The notes beneath the pieces were generated by a model, which was given only the letters and a program-made list of their open reading frames with translations, had not been told where the DNA came from and did no database searches. Both the position numbers and the translations under genes were made by a program. Shown in pieces: positions 8,489-9,344 of a stretch of DNA of 9,344 bases (positions are counted from its first letter, which is position 1; the number at the start of each line of letters is the position of its first letter). This stretch comes from Amoeboradix gromovi X-113 (lineage: Eukaryota > Fungi > Sanchytriomycota), in the NCBI GenBank assembly GCA_018985225.1, contig JADGIF010000399.1:1-9344 (forward strand), written 5' to 3'.

Positions 8489-8704
8489 ATGAAAATTTTA
8501 TTGGTAGTATCTATGAGCTTGTGCAACGCAATTCCGCAAGAAGAGTTAAATAAAATGGATGACATCCACAACTTACTTGACCCAGGTAATTTGACGACTA
8601 CAAACGAAGACGAACGAGCTAAAGGTGCTGCATCTATTAAGTGCTCCAGTGAAAATGGCCAATGCAATAACAAAGATGGCTCAGGTGGTTGTTGTATTCA
8701 ATAA
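8489..8704 (+). CDS. Small Cys-rich prepropeptide-like protein with a predicted signal peptide and C-terminal CCIQ
   Basis: Signal-like MKILLVVSMSLCNA|IP, acidic pro-like region and a C-x6-C-x8-CC tail. TGATTGGTG lies at 8424-8432 and AATAAA (8700-8705) overlaps the stop. Confidence 0.65.
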   Translation: MKILLVVSMSLCNAIPQEELNKMDDIHNLLDPGNLTTTNEDERAKGAASIKCSSENGQCNNKDGSGGCCIQ

Positions 8705-9002
8705 AGCATTTATATCTGATTCGCAAGAACTTAAAACAGTAGCTAGAGGTTTTGACTTTTGATGGTCGGTTCTTTCATGGAACTATTTTACAAACAATGA
8801 ACACACACACATCAAGCTAACGTCTATGGCTGAAGCAGTCGAGTAGAAATGTTTCATGTTAAGGCAGCAGTTTACTTGCCGCCATAGCTCTAATATCGTC
8901 GTAATATCATCAATAAGTAAAAGCAACTTCTTTTTACCAAGCTACTACATAAGCTTCGTGTGTGGGATGCTGCAGTGGCCTTATCGCTTGTCCTTACTCC
9001 TT

Positions 9003-9103
9003 ATTAAAAGTCGCAATTTCCGGGAAAATTGAGAATTTCCAGAGAAATTAATTAAACCGTTACAGTGATTGCTAACGGCTTCACTACATTGAAGCGCATT
9101 GAA
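9003..9103 (+). repeat. Copy 2 of degenerate direct repeat family B, containing the hairpin CCGTTA...TAACGG
   Basis: ATTAAAAGTCGCAATTTCCGGGAAAATTGAGAATTTCCAGAGAAATTAATT aligns to 7061 onward. Confidence 0.85.
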
Positions 9104-9168
9104 CAATGATACATACATTTCATGTTATATTCCTTGCTATGATATCTATCCACATTTAAATGACAATT

Positions 9169-9344
9169 TTTACACGTGAGACATCAAATATAAAAACTGG
9201 ACTAACTTTCTGTAACAACTTGGAACATTATTTCAGCTTTATTAATTTTATGGATTTAGGAGGCGAGTGGACATTCAGCTAGTTGCAGAGTTGGCGAGTA
9301 TAAAAGGAAAATAAATATACTGTACAGCTATTCTCTTACTCTTT
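9169..9344 (-). repeat. Right copy of repeat family A, inverted, running off the window end
   Basis: Its reverse complement matches 19-170 and carries 24 extra nt (CCATAAAATTAATAAAGCTGAAAT on the minus strand). Confidence 0.97.

Noticed and set aside
8461-8673. Minus-strand 70-aa ORF
   Set aside because: Antisense to the better-supported plus-strand peptide gene.
9003-9103. Repeat B as U6 snRNA (AAAATTG...CAGAGAA...TGAAGCG) or as STAT/heat-shock elements
   Set aside because: It lacks the invariant U6 AGC triad and ISL sequence, GAA/TTC spacing does not fit an HSE, and nothing supports a STAT site beyond the 9-mer.

Overview
AT-rich, gene-dense eukaryotic DNA read in the standard genetic code. 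The gene set and style suggest a compact-genome protist or early-diverging fungus (inference only). Five conserved genes are recognisable: a three-domain gelsolin/severin-like actin-severing protein (+), the branched-chain 2-oxoacid dehydrogenase E2 subunit DBT (+), a DGAT1-type MBOAT acyltransferase (-), the complex III hinge protein QCR6/UQCRH (-) and an NDUFA4/MLRQ-like protein (-). The ORF track splits DGAT1 in two; a 22-nt GT-AG micro-intron (4924-4945) rejoins the halves. Two short orphan ORFs (8085-8360, 8489-8704) share a CACCAATCA promoter motif with the gelsolin gene and a stop-overlapping AATAAA. The second looks like a Cys-rich prepropeptide ending in a CaaX-like CCIQ. The window is bracketed by a ~95% identical inverted repeat (19-170 vs 9169-9344), with a third partial copy at 568-625. 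A separate ~100-bp degenerate direct repeat (7061-7164, 9003-9103) brackets the orphan ORFs. No transposase was found.
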